A stretch of DNA of 63,969 bases, filler included, from Octopus bimaculoides (Eukaryota), in assembly GCF_001194135.2 (NCBI RefSeq). It is 5 parts of 4 records of this genome, joined end to end, with 100 filler letters (N's around TTAATTAATTAA, not from the genome) between each part and the next. Parts side by side here need not be neighbours in the genome. Positions count along the whole stretch, not along the records: positions 1 to 15,073 come from NC_068983.1; 4 more parts are not named here. One strand, written 5' to 3'. The position numbers and the translations under genes are program-made. The notes beneath the pieces were generated by a model, which saw only the letters and a list, made by a program, of their open reading frames with translations, was not told the DNA's origin and ran no database searches. This document shows positions 1 through 13,767 of the stretch, piece after piece; position 1 is the first letter of the stretch; every line of letters begins with the position of its first letter.

Positions 1-300
1 GTGAGAGAGAGAGAGAGACAGACAGAGAGACAGACAGTGCCAGTGAAGGGGTGTGTCGACAATTATACGTACATACATAAATAGTCATACATTTCTTGTA
101 CGTATGTGTGATTGTGTGTGTGAGAGAGAGAGAGAGTCACTGAAACATCTCTCTGCCTGTCTCTCTGTCTGTCTCTCTCTCTCTCTCACACACAGACACG
201 TGCAGATATACACACTGAAAAGATGTATGCATATGTATTTCTGTATGTACGTAGACATCACAACACACTCCTTCACTCACACACATACAGAAACACACAT
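1..300. repeat. Compound (GA)n/(GACA)n/(CT)n/(CA)n microsatellite region
   Basis: Directly visible dinucleotide and tetranucleotide runs. Confidence 0.9.
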
Positions 301-416
301 GTGAGTGTGTGATTCACTACGAATACATAGAGCTGAACACGGCGTGCGAAAAAAAGTAATATTTATTTACGGAAATTAACGAAGTGTGCGAGTTCGGAAC
401 GGAATCNNNNNNNNNN

Positions 417-447
<31 letters not shown>

Positions 448-2990
448 GTGTGTATGTGTGTGTGTGTGTATTATATATACTCACACATATGTGTTACTTG
501 TTTAAAGGTTAGAGAGTTTAATATTTGTTGTTTAAATCTGCAGGATTATTATAGAATTTAATTGTCAGTCACCTACTATCAAGTATATATCGACCATCGT
601 CCGCATATTGTAAACAACCCACACGGTGTATGCAATACGGGTAATTTGTATTTTTTTCCGGTAATATACATTTATGTTAGTGTATGTGTGTACAAAAGTA
701 CCCATAAAGATTCGCAGCATTAGTACATACATATTACTGTACAAATTGATATAGAAATTATTATACTCGTACATACATATTACTGTGCAAATTACTATAC
801 ATTCCTCCATTGCTTTATGTAAATCAGAATCAAATTCTGTTATAATTTCGTCGTTCTATTTCTTATCATATTTCTTTTTCTGTTTTAATATGCGTATGGT
901 GCTCTCTTCAGAACGTTATTTCTATTTCTGCTGATGACCAGACCATTGAAATATCAATCGGAAAGAGTTTAATGAATACATTCACGCATATTTAAGTAAA
1001 TAGGTCATCTTTAACACGATAAACCATGTATATAAATTATACATAAATACATAAATAAATACATATGGGAATAGACTGATATCAAGAGAAAAGAAATGGA
1101 AATCGTATATATTTATATAATATCGAAAACGTGTGGAATGTATGAATATGAATATCATGCACTGAATTATTAATGAGAACTCTTAAATTAATATAGTTTG
1201 ACAGTCAAGAAATCGTGTCAGAATATCCGATTTAATTTCATGAAACAATCATACAAACATGGCAGCCGAATGGTTTATAACTGTACATGCCAGTGGAAGA
1301 AAGGATATCTTTCTTATTGTATGCAGCAGTTATCATTAATATCTTTAAATTTGACAATGGTTAGCTAAGCGTAGGCGGAGTAGTATAATTATGGGCACGT
1401 ACAATCGAAAGAATTTACCCTTATATAATCGATGATCTTAATGCAAAAATGAGTCAAATCTCTTGATAATCTCAACCTACCTTTTATAAAGAGCATATGT
1501 GACACGAAATGGAAGTTGAAAGAAATTCATCTTTTGATGACGCTGCTGTGCCATCGGTACGAGGGAATCCTATTTTTTCATTATATTTCCACGAAACAAA
1601 ATATTCGCTTTTTAGTAATTCTCCAGGCGTAGATTTGCTAGGCGGCATGACATGACGATTTGACAGGTCGCTCCACTGAGGTGAACAACCAATGGATGTT
1701 GAGCTATAAACAAAGCCGAAGGTCTTGGAAGTAAAAACCAATACAATGTTCGGTTACATTATGCTACATCGCTGCGGATAACTTACAAATAATGAAGAAA
1801 GCATCATTAATAGGATTCTTTTCAAATAATTAATAACCTGGCAATGGGATATCATGTCGTTTTCGATGTTCAAAGAATAACTAGAAAACACTTATAATTT
1901 CTCAGTGTGGGAAATCGTTAGCAATTGTTGCATATACTTGTTTTGTGTGAGGAAAGATCTTTACAGGAGTACTGATAAATAAATACCTAGTGGAAACAAT
2001 GTGTTATGAAAGGATGCTTAGATTGTTGGTAATAAAATTTAAACATTAGTGGTATAATTTTGTGCATTTGATACGAGAAAGACGATTTTAGTGGTACGTA
2101 TTAGCCACTTATATTGAACTCAGTACTTGACAGTTACTTTATAACGTTGAACTCAAAACGATGAAGGGCAAACATAACGTGGTTGTATTTTAAATTATAG
2201 AGCTAGAAAAATCCCCACCAGTAACTTTTTTCGGTGTGCTAACGAACAAAAAGAACAGAAGTTATGGTTATTTTTTAGACTAGTATCGCTATTCCCATTT
2301 AAAAATAGTCAAATGTTTTTTGTGAAATAGAGAGCATTGCCACAATTAACATTGTAACTGCTGAGATCTCAGTATTCTTAAATGTCGGTTAATGCAAGAG
2401 ATTATATTAAACGAATCTCCAAGCACACTATTTCTATCTGGTTCGATCATCTTAAATATACATATATTAATCACCGATAAGTTTACACAGGAATATATAT
2501 ATTAAATAAAATATTTCATTATGCAAGCATGCATAGGGTGATGTCATGCATAAAATGTGAACAATTATTTTTCCATATGTTGTGCAATATCTCACAAAAT
2601 ATTGTGTACAATAAATTATGTTTATGGCAGGAGAAATTAGCAGTCATAATCCCTGCATTATTATAAGTTTATTTGCTAAGGTAATCAATCCTGTAAAACT
2701 ATATATTCCTTTATGCATCACCGGTGTATGCAGCTTATGGCATATATATNNNNNNNNNNNNNNNNNNNNNNNNNNNNNNNNNNNNNNNNNNNNNNNNNNN
2801 NNNNNNNNNNNNNNNNNNNNNNNNNNNNNNNNNNNNNNNNNNNNNNNNNNNNNNNNNNNNNNNNNNNNNNNNNNNNNNNNNNNNNNNNNNNNNNNNNNNN
2901 NNNNNNNNNNNNNNNNNNNNNNNNNNNNNNNNNNNNNNNNNNNNNNNNNNNNNNNNNNNNNNNNNNNNNNNNNNNNNNNNNNNNNNNNNN

Positions 2991-3112
2991 ATATGCACAC
3001 CCATACATACATACATGCATACATACATACATATATACATAAACACATACATATCTACATACATACATACATACATACATACATACATACATACATACAT
3101 ACATACATACAT
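2991..3112. repeat. (TACA)n microsatellite flanking an N gap
   Basis: Direct tandem ATAC units. Confidence 0.95.
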
Positions 3113-3761
3113 AGTCAGTATTCAGTATTCGGAATCCATCACAGAATTGAAGTTCATCAATCAATCAATGATAACATATAAATTTAGATACTGTCTGAAC
3201 GTGCGACCGTTTATTGCCCAAGCACAGTTACAATTCTGATTTAAGTGAAAGAATTATAGGCCTTTTGATCACTAGTCGCTATAGCCTTTCTTAATTGAGA
3301 CATACATTACGTTTTTATTAAGTATTTTAGTAGATTGATGACAGATTGACCATCAATTTTCATCTGTCATTCAGGACATTATCGACGACCATAGCCAATT
3401 GCTCAGTATTACTTTTATTTCTATACAAATTGTTTCAGTTTCTTTATCTTTTTAACTTCTGTTTCGTTTGGACATGTAATATATCTTGTTATTATCTCCA
3501 ATATCATTAATTTACACATAAATCACAAATAGGAAATAATGAATCGATACGATATATGTTTACGGGACATTCTCTATTTTTATTTCGTGTAAATATTTAG
3601 AATCAATTCTACAAATTCATTCAAATGTTCACATCATTTTAGCCTGGGCTTCTAGGACACATATATAAAATAGGAAAATTCAGAGAAATATAATAATAGT
3701 GCAGTGATCGAATGAAACCCGAAAATATACTTTGTTGCTATTTGGTGGAAAATAGTTTTCC

Positions 3762-3808
3762 CTTCTTCTTCTTCTTCTTCTTCTTCTTCTTCTTCTTCTT
3801 CTTCTTGT

Positions 3809-3840
<32 letters not shown>

Positions 3841-3895
3841 TTCTTCTTCTTCTTCTTCTTCTTCTTCTTCTTCTTCTTCTTCTTCTTCTTCTTCT
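3762..3895. repeat. (TTC)n microsatellite
   Basis: Roughly 45 near-perfect TTC units. Confidence 0.95.
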
Positions 3896-4122
3896 TTAGT
3901 ATTATTATTATTATTGTTNNNNNNNNNNNNNNNNNNNNNNNNNNNNNNNNNNNNNNNNNNNNNNNNNNNNNNNNNNNNNNNNNNNNNNNNNNNNNNNNNN
4001 NNNNNNNNNNNNNNNNNNNNNNNNNNNNNNNNNNNNNNNNNNNNNNNNNNNNNNNNNNNNNNNNNNNNNNNNNNNNTATATATATATATATATATATCCA
4101 TGTTTATATTTACATACATGTA

Positions 4123-4717
4123 CGAGGTCAGATCGATAATTAATCGGAGTGCTGCCATAAAGACGAATCTAAAGCACGTAGAATGAAGCCAAATGGCAAA
4201 GATTGACGTTACCTGCTGTGCATGCGCACTAAGTTTTAATTTTCTAGCTCACTTCTGCAGCTTACAGCAGTCCTTGAAAGGAATGTGTGTAGCGTCTGAA
4301 CGTGGCATTGGGTTTGACAGAGAAAGTTATCATGTCGACACCTGCTCAGAGGTATACGCAAATTTGCAGAAAGTATATGTAGAGGAGCGTATGAGACGCA
4401 CACAAGTGTACGAGTGGTTCAGATGGCCAAAAAAATGTCGTTATTGGCGAACGAACTGGAAGACCCGCAGCCAGGAGAAATGAGAAAATACATCGTAGAT
4501 GTGCGCGTAGCTGTAAGAGGACATCGTAGAATCACCATTTGCGAATTAACAAACGATGTGCAGATTGGTTATGGTTTTCACTAAAGCTTTGGGAATGAGA
4601 TGTGCGTGTGCTAAATTTGTGCCAAAACTGATTTCAGCTAACGAAAAATACTCTCCGGTTTCAGTTGCTGAAGTTCTATGTGATTGTGTCTAGAACGATG
4701 AAAACTTTCTGAAAACT
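4123..4717 (+). mobile_element. Mariner transposon 5' part (left TIR plus decayed transposase N-terminus)
   Basis: TA + CGAGGTCAGATCGATAA TIR-like start. Translations ...LQKVYVEERMRRTQVYEWFR, HRRITICELTNDV, ALGMRCACAKFVPKL and DENFLKT match the mariner HTH and WVPH-region pattern, with stops and frameshifts. Confidence 0.85.
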
Positions 4718-4985
4718 TTGCATATGCTTCTGAGAAGGTATCACCAAGCTTTTGAGAAACTTTGATCGAGATTTTGTGCTCAATGTCCACTGTCATGGTC
4801 AATACGGCGATCGCACGCTAAACACCTTACTTCCGAGCACTGTTGTAACGAGAAAAAGTCAGGTAGAGAGTTAAAACTTAGTGCGCAGACAAAGCAAAGT
4901 TCGAGGTCAATCTGCGCCAATCAGCTTCACTCTGCGGGCTTTAGCTTCGCTAGTATAGCAACAACTCGGATACTTATTGACCAGA

Positions 4986-4989
<4 letters not shown>
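4704..4989 (-). mobile_element. Second mariner 5' end of the same family, inverted
   Basis: Minus strand starts GTGGTCTGGTCAATAAGTATCCGAG, shares GCGCACTAAGTTTTAA with the + copy, and translates DIEHKISIKVSQKLGDTFSEAYAKF (mariner N-terminus). Confidence 0.75.
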
Positions 4990-5031
<42 letters not shown>

Positions 5032-5060
5032 TTATATATATGTAGATATGTATATATATA

Positions 5061-5125
5061 CGTGGTCTGGTCAATAATTGCCATACAAACGATACTAAAA
5101 TACGCAGAATGGAGCTGATTAACAC
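5061..5125 (+). mobile_element. Third, truncated mariner 5' end (orphan TIR)
   Basis: TA|CGTGGTCTGGTCAATAA is an exact 16-nt reverse complement of 4974-4989; it continues with diverged 5' UTR sequence. Confidence 0.7.
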
Positions 5126-5298
5126 ATACATAGATAGATAGATAGATAGATAGATACATACATACATATATACATACATACATTCATACATACATGCATA
5201 CACACATACATACATATGCACACGCACATACGTACGTACACGCACATACATATATATGTTTATATATTATGTACATGTACAGACACATTGACGTAGAG

Positions 5299-5338
<40 letters not shown>

Positions 5339-5958
5339 NNNNNNNNNNNNNNNNNNNNNNNNNNNNNNNNNNNNNNNNNNNNNNNNNNNNNNNNNNNNNN
5401 NNNNNNNNNNNNNNNNNNNNNNNNNNNNNNNNNNNNNNNNNNNNNNNNNNNNNNNNNNNNNNNNNNNNNNNNNNNNNNNNNNNNNNNNNNNNNNNNNNNN
5501 NNNNNNNNNNNNNNNNNNNNNNNNNNNNNNNNNNNNNNNNNNNNNNNNNATTATGATTGGATGTTATGTATTCCAGGTGGTAATATCGCTAGTCTTAACA
5601 TATGAAATATTTATTTAGATACTACTGGGTTAACACAATATATTACTGCTCGTAACATATCTTACTCCAGATATTTCTTCTTTCATCAAGTTTTCCTCTT
5701 TTCAGACACTGATCTTCGATGGTCCTGGGCACTAGTTTACATGGTCCATTCAAATAAATTAACAGCGTTTAACCTAATCGATAATTTACGCAGTTGGAAA
5801 CCCAGTGTCACCTGTTGACATGGGATGGAGGCACAAACACGAACTCAAAAACATAAAGACAAACACGCACACACAAGCAGATATGCATACGCACATGCAA
5901 GCACAAAACAAACGCACCGATGAATATTTATGATAATTTATTATTCAGATATCATTAT

Positions 5959-6168
5959 GCCGTTGAACGGGAAGAATCGTTAGCTCACCGGGAAAAATGC
6001 TCAGCGGCATTTCATCCATCTTTATATGATGTTTACCGCCGAGGTCGTCTTTACGCTTCGTTCTTTTGCTGTCGATAAAATAAATACCAGCTAAGCATTA
6101 GGATCGATGTAAGCGACTTACTCTTTTCCCTGAAATTGCTGGCCTTCTGCGAAAATTTGAAACCAATA
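5959..6168 (+). mobile_element. SINE family A (diverged copy)
   Basis: Homologous to copies at 14728, 15321, 33735, 53143 and 58393 (GAATCGTTAGC...CCGCCGAGGTCG...GTCGATAAA..AAGTACCAG). Confidence 0.8.
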
Positions 6169-7920
6169 TATAAGTCAGATGACAGATAAACAATTTAACC
6201 CATTCCAATAATTTTTAAAGAGATATTCTTTTTATAGTCTTGTATTGGAACTTCTATTGTTAACAGCAGTGGTGACAAAATGTGTACATTGTTTCGTACT
6301 ATAAAACAATGATTACTATATTTTTGAACTCTGCATTTTACATAATTTCGTTTTTCCCCTTGTATTTTTCTGTCAGTATATTCACAATTTATGTAAAGGT
6401 TGAATCTTACAGCCACTATCACGCTTATACTTGTGTTCACATCGTTCTATAATAATTTCTATAGAGAAATTCAGATGCAGCCCTATTCGAACAATATTTC
6501 GTAAACAGCATCAAGCGTGTGATCCATGCAGAACACAAGAGTTCTTAGCTTCGTATTCTCTTCGCAACATCACAAAGGATAAAAATTCTAGATGTAGCGA
6601 CATTAGCTTACCGGTTGTATTTTTCATTCGATGCTAAACGTTTTGATATCGCTAAACGTTCCTTAACCATTGACCTGCGCATTACAAAATGTTCTTTTCA
6701 TCTCAAACTGATATCATTAGGTTAAATGCATGACTTCGTATACACATTGTATTTCTCATTATGTGTATATGTTTTGTTACTGAGCTAATTCTTTGTATTC
6801 TCTTAAGCCTGTCCAGACTACTAGAATAAACGTTTGGTGGCATAATTGAGCAATATATTCCTATATTCCGAAATATTTAGTCTATAGATAGAAATAATTT
6901 CTAACATTTATTAGAATATAAGTGTACAAATCTAATAAGATTGCGTATCTATTGTTAATAACCATTTGATTGATGTCCTCTCTTTATGTAACAATGGTCA
7001 GTATATTTGAATAAATGTGATGTTAGAAACAGCGATAATAAGTTAAGTCGAACTGAAACATCTAAGACAGAATATCTTAGTTGATTGTTTAGGTTATAAC
7101 CAAACACGAAACATTTGGAGCGATTAGAAATACGAAACGTAAATCAATCAATCATTTGTAAATATTGCAGTGAATATTATAAAAAAAAACATACAACGGA
7201 ACATAATATGTATATGTGTGTGTGTGTGTGTGTTTGTGTATCATGCTTCTATGTGCATATAGCAGAAATAGCATAATGCTAATGAATATCATATAAAAGT
7301 GATCAACTACTACGAAGTATTTTGTGATTGTATATTATACATGTTCTTGTATCATTAGACTACACCCAAACTATGGCAACAACATCAAGAATTTATTTTC
7401 GCTAACAGCTGTTTCGTAATCTGTGTTTGTGCATAAGCGTCATTAGAGTATCCGAAACACATACACACACGTGCATGAACACACGCACACACACACATAT
7501 ATGTATATATGAATATATACGCGCACACACACACTCACACACACATACATACACATATATATTTACATACATGTATACAACAATGAATATAATTTTGCTG
7601 CAACATAACGAACAGATAAGATCATTGCATGGCAGGTCAAAAGACGGTGTTGTTATTTTTCTATAGAGTCACAAACAATATATATATTTGGTAAACATCA
7701 CCCTTTACACATCCTAGAATTATCGTATATGGGGTGTAGTAAGAGTAAGATATTGAGTGTAAGTAGATAAATACGAATTAGACGTGTGTATGTGTGTGTG
7801 AATGTGTGTGTGCACGTTTGGGTATGTGTTTTTATGCATGCGTGTACATCCGTGTGAGTAACTCATGTCTTTCTGACTGAGTATAAATTAGGAAATATTA
7901 TCTGACAAGATTTTCCATAG

Positions 7921-8091
7921 TGTCATCTCTATTAAAAAAAGTGAATAAGAAACTCTCGCCGTCGCTGTTATATGATATCAAAAATTTGACATGTCTGATA
8001 CTTGGAGGAAGATGCAATAGCCTGTTGATGAAAGAGTTAAAGTCGGGGAACCACATCTTCATGATTTTGTTAATAGCAACAAACATGCAGA
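7921..8091 (+). CDS. Possible isolated exon with death-effector-domain-like hydrophobic pattern (unproven)
   Basis: Acceptor TTTTCCATAG; open frame SSLLKKVNKKLSPSLLYDIKNLTCLILGGRCNSLLMKELKSGNHIFMILL. Donor is weak (A|GTACAT) and the antisense frame is also open. Confidence 0.2.
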
Positions 8092-10273
8092 GTACATTTT
8101 AAAATGTTACAATAATAAGCATTGTTAAACCATTCTAACACATTAGTAATAATATTTGTGATTTCGAAATAGCTATTTCTAATATAATCACAATTACTCT
8201 GAAACATACAGAAGAGGCGAAGTAAATAGTCGTGCATAAGGGATGAATCAGCTATATTTTGGATAGAAAATTACTGGATATTCGACGCAATGATATTTCT
8301 ATACAGGGAAAATTATTATTGTTGAACTCTCGTGTATACTAATTGCCCCAAGAAAAATAACAGGCATTGTCAAATTCGTCGGCAACATGAATAATTTCTT
8401 AACTATTTATGCCTTATATTGTCATAATTTCCTAAATATTTGAGGGGAACTGTAGCCGCGTGTATTGATGAAAATATCAGAATAGCATAAATATTATTGA
8501 TCTTGTAGTTAGAAATAAACATATTTACATTCTAAAAATATACAAAAAGGAAGCCGAAACAATGACAGCTTATTGTAATTCAAGAAAAAACACTTTCATT
8601 TAGCACTACGATCACTCCCTTAATGTCTATCTCTCTATTCATAAATCATTGAAAAGTACTGAAGTATATCGGTGTGTACAATAAATGTAGATACTATTAT
8701 ACCGGACGCGTGTTTTCGACGTTAAAATGTTCACATATACTGATTCAACATTTTATATGAAAATCAATAAAATATACTATAGCTATATAGTATATTAATC
8801 ATTGACCACTATGTTGTCGGTGGCCTGTTAAGCAAAGCAAGCGCGTATCCCTGAAAACTCATCATGCATACATATATTTGTCACTGATATAAATCAGAAA
8901 GCGTTATACTAAGATTAACAAAACATAGTGATGACTGCAGCTAAAATGTATTTTAACCATGGTTTAGAAATCAAAGACTCAGTTGTTATTGTTTAATAAT
9001 CGGTTGTATTCATCATTCGCAGAAACAAAATTCGATTTACCAGACCTGTTTTTGTTTTCAAGTAACTATTATTAGTGTTTATTTGTAATGTGATAGTTCA
9101 GAATCGAAACGAATGACATGCACGCGTATTATCACGGATAGACGCACATATATATACACACAAATATATATACGTATACACACACACACATACACACACA
9201 CACACATATATATATATATAGTGTATATATATATATATATATATANNNNNNNNNNNNNNNNNNNNNNNNNNNNNNNNNNNNNNNNNNNNNNNNNNNNNNN
9301 NNNNNNNNNNNNNNNNNNNNNNNNNNNNNNNNNNNNNNNNNNNNNNNNNNNNNNNNNNNNNNNNNNNNNNNNNNNNNNNNNNNNNNNNNNNNNNNNNNNN
9401 NNNNNNNNNNNNNNNNNNNNNNNNNNNNNNNNNNNNNNNNNNNNNNNNNNNNNNNNNNNNNNNNNNNNNNNNNNNNNNNNNNNNNNNNNNNNNNNNNNNN
9501 NNNNNNNNNNNNNNNNNNNNNNNNNNNNNNNNNNNNNNNNNNNNNNNNNNNNNNNNNNNNNNNNNNNNNNNNNNNNNNNNNNNNNNNNNNNNNNNNNNNN
9601 NNNNNNNNNNNNNNNNNNNNNNNNNNNNNNNNNNNNNNNNNNNNNNNNNNNNNNNNNNNNNNNNNNNNNNNNNNNNNNNNNNNNNNNNNNNNNNNNNNNN
9701 NNNNNNNNNNNNNNNNNNNNNNNNNNNNNNNNNNNNNNNNNNNNNNNNNNNNNNNNNNNNNNNNNNNNNNNNNNNNNNNNNNNNNNNNNNNNNNNNNNNN
9801 NNNNNNNNNNNNNNNNNNNNNNNNNNNTATATATATATATATATATATATTCACATGTGTGTGTGTGTGTGTGTATTAAATCTATTAACTGTTTATTTTT
9901 TAAATAACTTCCTAGCGTTCCCCTTAGATCACATACGCAGTAATCACATGCGGTTAAAATAGCTTAGGGATGTCCTTTGTTCCCTTTTCCCCAGATGAGT
10001 TAATTGTATTGTTTTACATCATTTTTATTCCCTCTGGAATAAACTCAATGCTTTTTTCGAAACATATGCTGGAAGTATAAACGATTTGAATAACAGCTAC
10101 GTTTGGCTCCATTTCCTAATTTATCCAGGTTATACAAAAACATTTCGCTTTGTCCTGGAATTCCTACCTTTATTAGTAAGCAGTAATATCCTTGGCACCT
10201 ATGTGATTATTTGCTACCCTGGTGACTATTTATTCCTTTTTTCCTTGTTATTTGTACACACTGATAAAATACT

Positions 10274-10304
<31 letters not shown>

Positions 10305-10829
10305 CCACACACATACACACACACACATACACACACACACATACACACACACACAAACATANNNNNNNNNNNNNNNNNNNNNNNNNNNNNTATATATATA
10401 TATATGTATATATAATGCAACAGATGATGTGTATGCAATAAATGAAGGAAAATGCACAGTTTATAGACATTTCACACACAGGTTTAATATATTTCGTAAG
10501 TGAAAAGCGCATTGTGTCTATTGACCGCTTTCGCCTTCGCTAATCATGACATTGTAATTATTGTAATTTATATATTCTTAGAAAATTTTAGTCCGTGTTG
10601 TGTATGGAAGATCGTAGATGAAATGAGTCGAGAAGAAGAAAAATATAAGGGGAGGTAAGAGGTTATCATTATTATTCGGGACAGGAGAGGTACTTTCTCT
10701 TATTGTGGGGGGGGGGGATAAATATATATGCAAAAATAAATATACAAAAGCTAAACTAATGAGATGAAATATGTACAGTGATGGGTATGTGAAAATCAAT
10801 TAAAATATTTACTGAGACCAAAGTTCGTT

Positions 10830-12108
10830 ATGTGTTCATAGTCGGGCGTGTTTCGTATTTTCGATAAATAAGTTTCCTTTATTTAAACGTTCATGTACAA
10901 AAGTTGTTTCTTTGCACTGGTAGATGGGGAAAACTCCGAAAATTGATTGGATATTACAATCACATCTTGGTGTATGTTCATTCAGAGAAATATGTCTGTA
11001 CTCTGGGAAACGGATTTGTTCCTTATGTAGTGTAGTTGATTTTAATTGGGAACCTCTCTTCTTACTTGAATAAGAATTACGAACCTACCGACAGAGTCGA
11101 GCATCTTCCATAATTTGAACGTCCACATTTTAACCATTGGTTTCTTGGTTGTTGTGTAAAGCTTCGCATTTGTTACATTTTGCAGTTGTTGAATTTATGT
11201 CTTTAGAATGTTGTTCCTTTTTGGATCCCTAGTGAGCATACATAGAATCTGTACAATAGATTTTGTACAATGCGTCATTGTTTCTAAGGTTGTGAGTTGT
11301 CATATACGACAGTGCTTTAAGATATGGTGTGGTGTTACATTTTCGTTCCCTTAGTGTTTTAATGTCTAAATTCTAGGCACGCTTAATTCCACCGCCTGTC
11401 AGTAAAGGTGGATATTGTCTCTCAGTTAGTGTTGTTCTGAGGTCCTGAAGATGTGAAAAATCCGTTTTTACTAAATTAAAGGTGATATTTCTTTTGATGT
11501 GTTTCGGGTTGTATGGGTGAAAAAGATGATGTTGGTTCGAGTCAGTTGATTTATGATAAATGTCAGTTACAATTTGGGTTTTGACTTTATCATAATATCT
11601 AAGAAAGGGAGCTGCTCTTTGCTATATTCTCTTGTAAATCGAATGTTACGATTTATATAATTTATTATTGATTTAAATTTCAAAAGTTTATCAATGGTCT
11701 CATTCGAAATGATAAAGCAGTTATCCAGATATCTTTCCCAGTTGTCTCCTATATACTAATCAAATGGATGTCCATATTTTTGAAGTAACACCTCATGTAT
11801 GAGGAATTCAAAATATCCCAGTATTAGGTTCGCAAAAACAGCGGCTGCTTTCGTTCCCATCGAAGTTGCATATTTTGGAATATAGTAGGTGTCATCAAAT
11901 AGGAAATGATTGTTCTAAAGTATAAATCTGAAAGTCTTGATAATAAAAACCTTCTTTATGTGTTCCGGAAGTTCTTCCGAGTACTTTTCCAGCAACACTT
12001 TTATTGCTTTTATTTCATAGTCATGTAGGACATTGGTGTAAAGATTAATAACATCAAAACAAACCAATAACGTATCTACATTTGTTCTTTTTCGTAGGCG
12101 CTCAAGCA
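10830..12108 (-). mobile_element. Penelope-like element remnant (RT, linker and GIY-YIG tail region)
   Basis: LLVCFDVINLYTNVLHDYEIKAI..LEKYSEELPEHIKKVFIIKTFRFIL, ATSMGTKAAAVFANL, ERYLDNCFII, EQLPFLDIMIK, VTDIYHKSTDS and KCGRSNYGRC match the PLE RT and Cys-linker pattern; many lesions. Confidence 0.85.
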
Positions 12109-12800
12109 AACACACACACACCCACACACACATACACGCACACACACACACGCGCACACGCACACACACACACACACGTACACGTACACATACACACACA
12201 CACACACATATTTAATTTATAAGTAAACACATATATCCACGTATGCAGAAATTTATTAGCACACAGATGTACAATACAATAATAAAATAATACAGAGATG
12301 TACAGAAAAGAGAAAGCTAATGTTCATCCTGTAATTCAGGTCTGTAGAATAAGCCTTTATATATGCATGTATGCATACATGTGCGTATTTATGTACGTAT
12401 GTATGTACGTATGTATGTATGTATGTATAATCATGCATGTATGTATGCATATTGATCAGCTACGCTTAGGATCAATTTGATATGTATTGATCAATTACAT
12501 TTTGATTCATAAAAATAATATTGATACTGTTTATAAATTGTTCATTGATTTAGAGCAGTATTTTAATTGTATTATATCACATTGGGCTATGCCCTTGCAG
12601 GCGAATAATAATCGCATTGTGCAATTAATTACCTAAATCACGTTTCATCTCCGGTGTGTTGAAGAAACTATTCATAATAATTTAATGCAAACACAAACTA
12701 CAAAACCACGTTGTGCGCTTGTTTGCGTATGCATGCGCATATATATATATATATATATATAGGTGTGTGTGTGTGTGTACACATATATGCATTCATACAC

Positions 12801-12850
<50 letters not shown>

Positions 12851-13706
12851 NNNNNNNNNNNNNNNNNNNNNNNNNNNNNNNNNNNNNNNNNNNNNNNNNN
12901 NNNNNNNNNNNNNNNNNNNNNNNNNNNNNNNNNNNNNNNNNNNNNNNNNNNNNNNNNNNNNNNNNNNNNNNNNNNNNNNNNNNNNNNNNNNNNNNNNNNN
13001 NNNNNNNNNNNNNNNNNNNNNNNNNNNNNNNNNNNNNNNNNNNNNNNNNNNNNNNNNNNNNNNNNNNNNNNNNNNNNNNNNNNNNNNNNNNNNNNNNNNN
13101 NNNNNNNNNNNNNNNNNNNNNNNNNNNNNNNNNNNNNNNNNNNNNNNNNNNNNNNNNNNNNNNNNNNNNNNNNNNNNNNNNNNNNNNNNNNNNNNNNNNN
13201 NNNNNNNNNNNNNNNNNNNNNNNNNNNNNNNNNNNNNNNNNNNNNNNNNNNNNNNNNNNNNNNNNNNNNNNNNNNNNNNNNNNNNNNNNNNNNNNNNNNN
13301 NNNNNNNNNNNNNNNNNNNNNNNNNNNNNNNNNNNNNNNNNNNNNNNNNNNNNNNNNNNNNNNNNNNNNNNNNNNNNNNNNNNNNNNNNNNNNNNNNNNN
13401 NNNNNNNNNNNNNNNNNNNNNNNNNNNNNNNNNNNNNNNNNNNNNNNNNNNNNNNNNNNNNNNNNNNNNNNNNNNNNNNNNNNNNNNNNNNNNNNNNNNN
13501 NNNNNNNNNNNNNNNNNNNNNNNNNNNNNNNNNNNNNNNNNNNNNNNNNNNNNNNNNNNNNNNNNNNNNNNNNNNNNNNNNNNNNNNNNNNNNNNNNNNN
13601 NNNNNNNNNNNNNNNNNNNNNNNNNNNNNNNNNNNNNNNNNNNNNNNNNNNNNNNNNNNNNNNNNNNNNNNNNNNNNNNNNNNNNGATCGTCGAATGCAT
13701 TCTTTA

Positions 13707-13732
13707 TCTATATATATAAAAATGAGAATGTG

Positions 13733-13767
<35 letters not shown>

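Noticed and set aside
1484-1741. 85-aa minus-strand ORF and nearby donors (AAAG|GTAGGT near 1481, TTT|GTAAGT near 1787)
   Set aside because: No frame links a good acceptor to the donor without a stop, and no recognisable homology
5660-6680. Possible minus-strand micro-exons LNGPCKLVPRTIEDQCLKRGKLDERRNIW and SMVKERLAISKRLASNEKYNR
   Set aside because: The first lacks an in-frame acceptor, phases do not chain, and such motifs are expected by chance in AT-rich DNA
10505-10555. Hammerhead-like ATGATTA-GC-GAAG-GC-GAAA on the minus strand downstream of the Penelope remnant
   Set aside because: Two core mismatches and no valid stem III
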